Below are positions 35,520 to 35,997 of a stretch of DNA of 35,997 nucleotides, piece after piece (within the stretch, counting starts at the first letter, position 1; each line of letters starts with the position of its first letter). The DNA comes from an uncultured Sangeribacter sp. (GTDB lineage Bacteria; Bacteroidota; Bacteroidia; Bacteroidales; Muribaculaceae): NCBI GenBank assembly GCA_964488855.1, contig CAZAWP010000001.1, positions 1 through 35,997 on the forward strand. Reading direction: 5' to 3'. The notes under the pieces are model-generated. The model was not told the origin of the DNA and did no database searches. It saw only the letters and a program-made list of their open reading frames with translations. The position numbers and the translations under genes are program-made.

Positions 35520-35765
35520 ATGGCAACAATACAATCAGTATCCGCAGTCAAGCAGCGAGGCGGCAAATTTGCATTGAGAATTGCCATAAACGACGGCATG
35601 TCAATGATGCTACCGATGGATAGTCAGGATGAAAGCCATTACCGCACACTATCACCGAACGATACTCAAGACTTCCTCAATAATCTTGCCGTCCATTACC
35701 TTATTCGAGAAGATACCGGGTCAATCATTCAGCGTATCCGAAAGACAACAAAGGATCAAACATGA
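35520..35765 (+). CDS. Hypothetical protein or gene fragment
   Basis: 81 aa with an A-rich start (CAAAATTATATGGCA); no family recognised. Confidence 0.4.
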   Translation: MATIQSVSAVKQRGGKFALRIAINDGMSMMLPMDSQDESHYRTLSPNDTQDFLNNLAVHYLIREDTGSIIQRIRKTTKDQT

Positions 35766-35997
35766 TACTGTGTGCTCCTATAATTCAAAGATGACACAGC
35801 AGGTGATAAAAACCTTACACCAAGCATTAAATAAAAAAGTGAGAAAAACTTATTAAAATAGTCGTAGACTATTACACAACGAAAATATTTTTTGTAATTT
35901 TGCAAACGCATATCGTCTGCGGAGTCCCGATATGGGGTTACGAGGCGGGTGCAGACATGTTATACAGAGCGTTTATCCGCGCTTATTCTTGACGGTT

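Overview
The window is almost entirely one apparently intact ~34.3-kb temperate tailed prophage of a Bacteroidales host (TTTG-N20-TAnnTTTG promoters, A-rich SD-less translation starts). It is integrated in the 3' end of a tRNA-Ser(TGA) gene (244-331; attL 313-331, attR 34636-34654). Left to right: tyrosine integrase (+); then on the minus strand tail protein, tape measure, an accessory/ncRNA island (8.1-11.2 kb), spanin/endolysin/tail fibre/holin, neck genes, terminase, portal, tail tube, major capsid, Clp-type protease, an iteron origin, an NPPF methyltransferase-like gene, a small-ORF/DUF5053 cassette, a serine recombinase, a primase-helicase, and a Cro/CI switch. Flanks are the end of a probable meaB gene (left) and a truncated HATPase-HTH gene (right). 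The most striking unexplained signal is a recurring RNA architecture on minus-strand transcripts: a U-rich 'anti-start-codon' (CAU-containing) segment lying just 5' of a hairpin, often with a GUGA loop. One copy is complementary to the integrase start region and another to the first gene of its own operon. Three more form a promoter-driven non-coding array whose promoter carries the same 13-bp sequence as the palindrome in the CI/Cro switch. A P4-CI/P1-C4-like antisense module, a second ~150-nt structured RNA and a four-copy phage late-promoter motif are also visible. Protein family calls come from motif recognition by eye, not from database searches.
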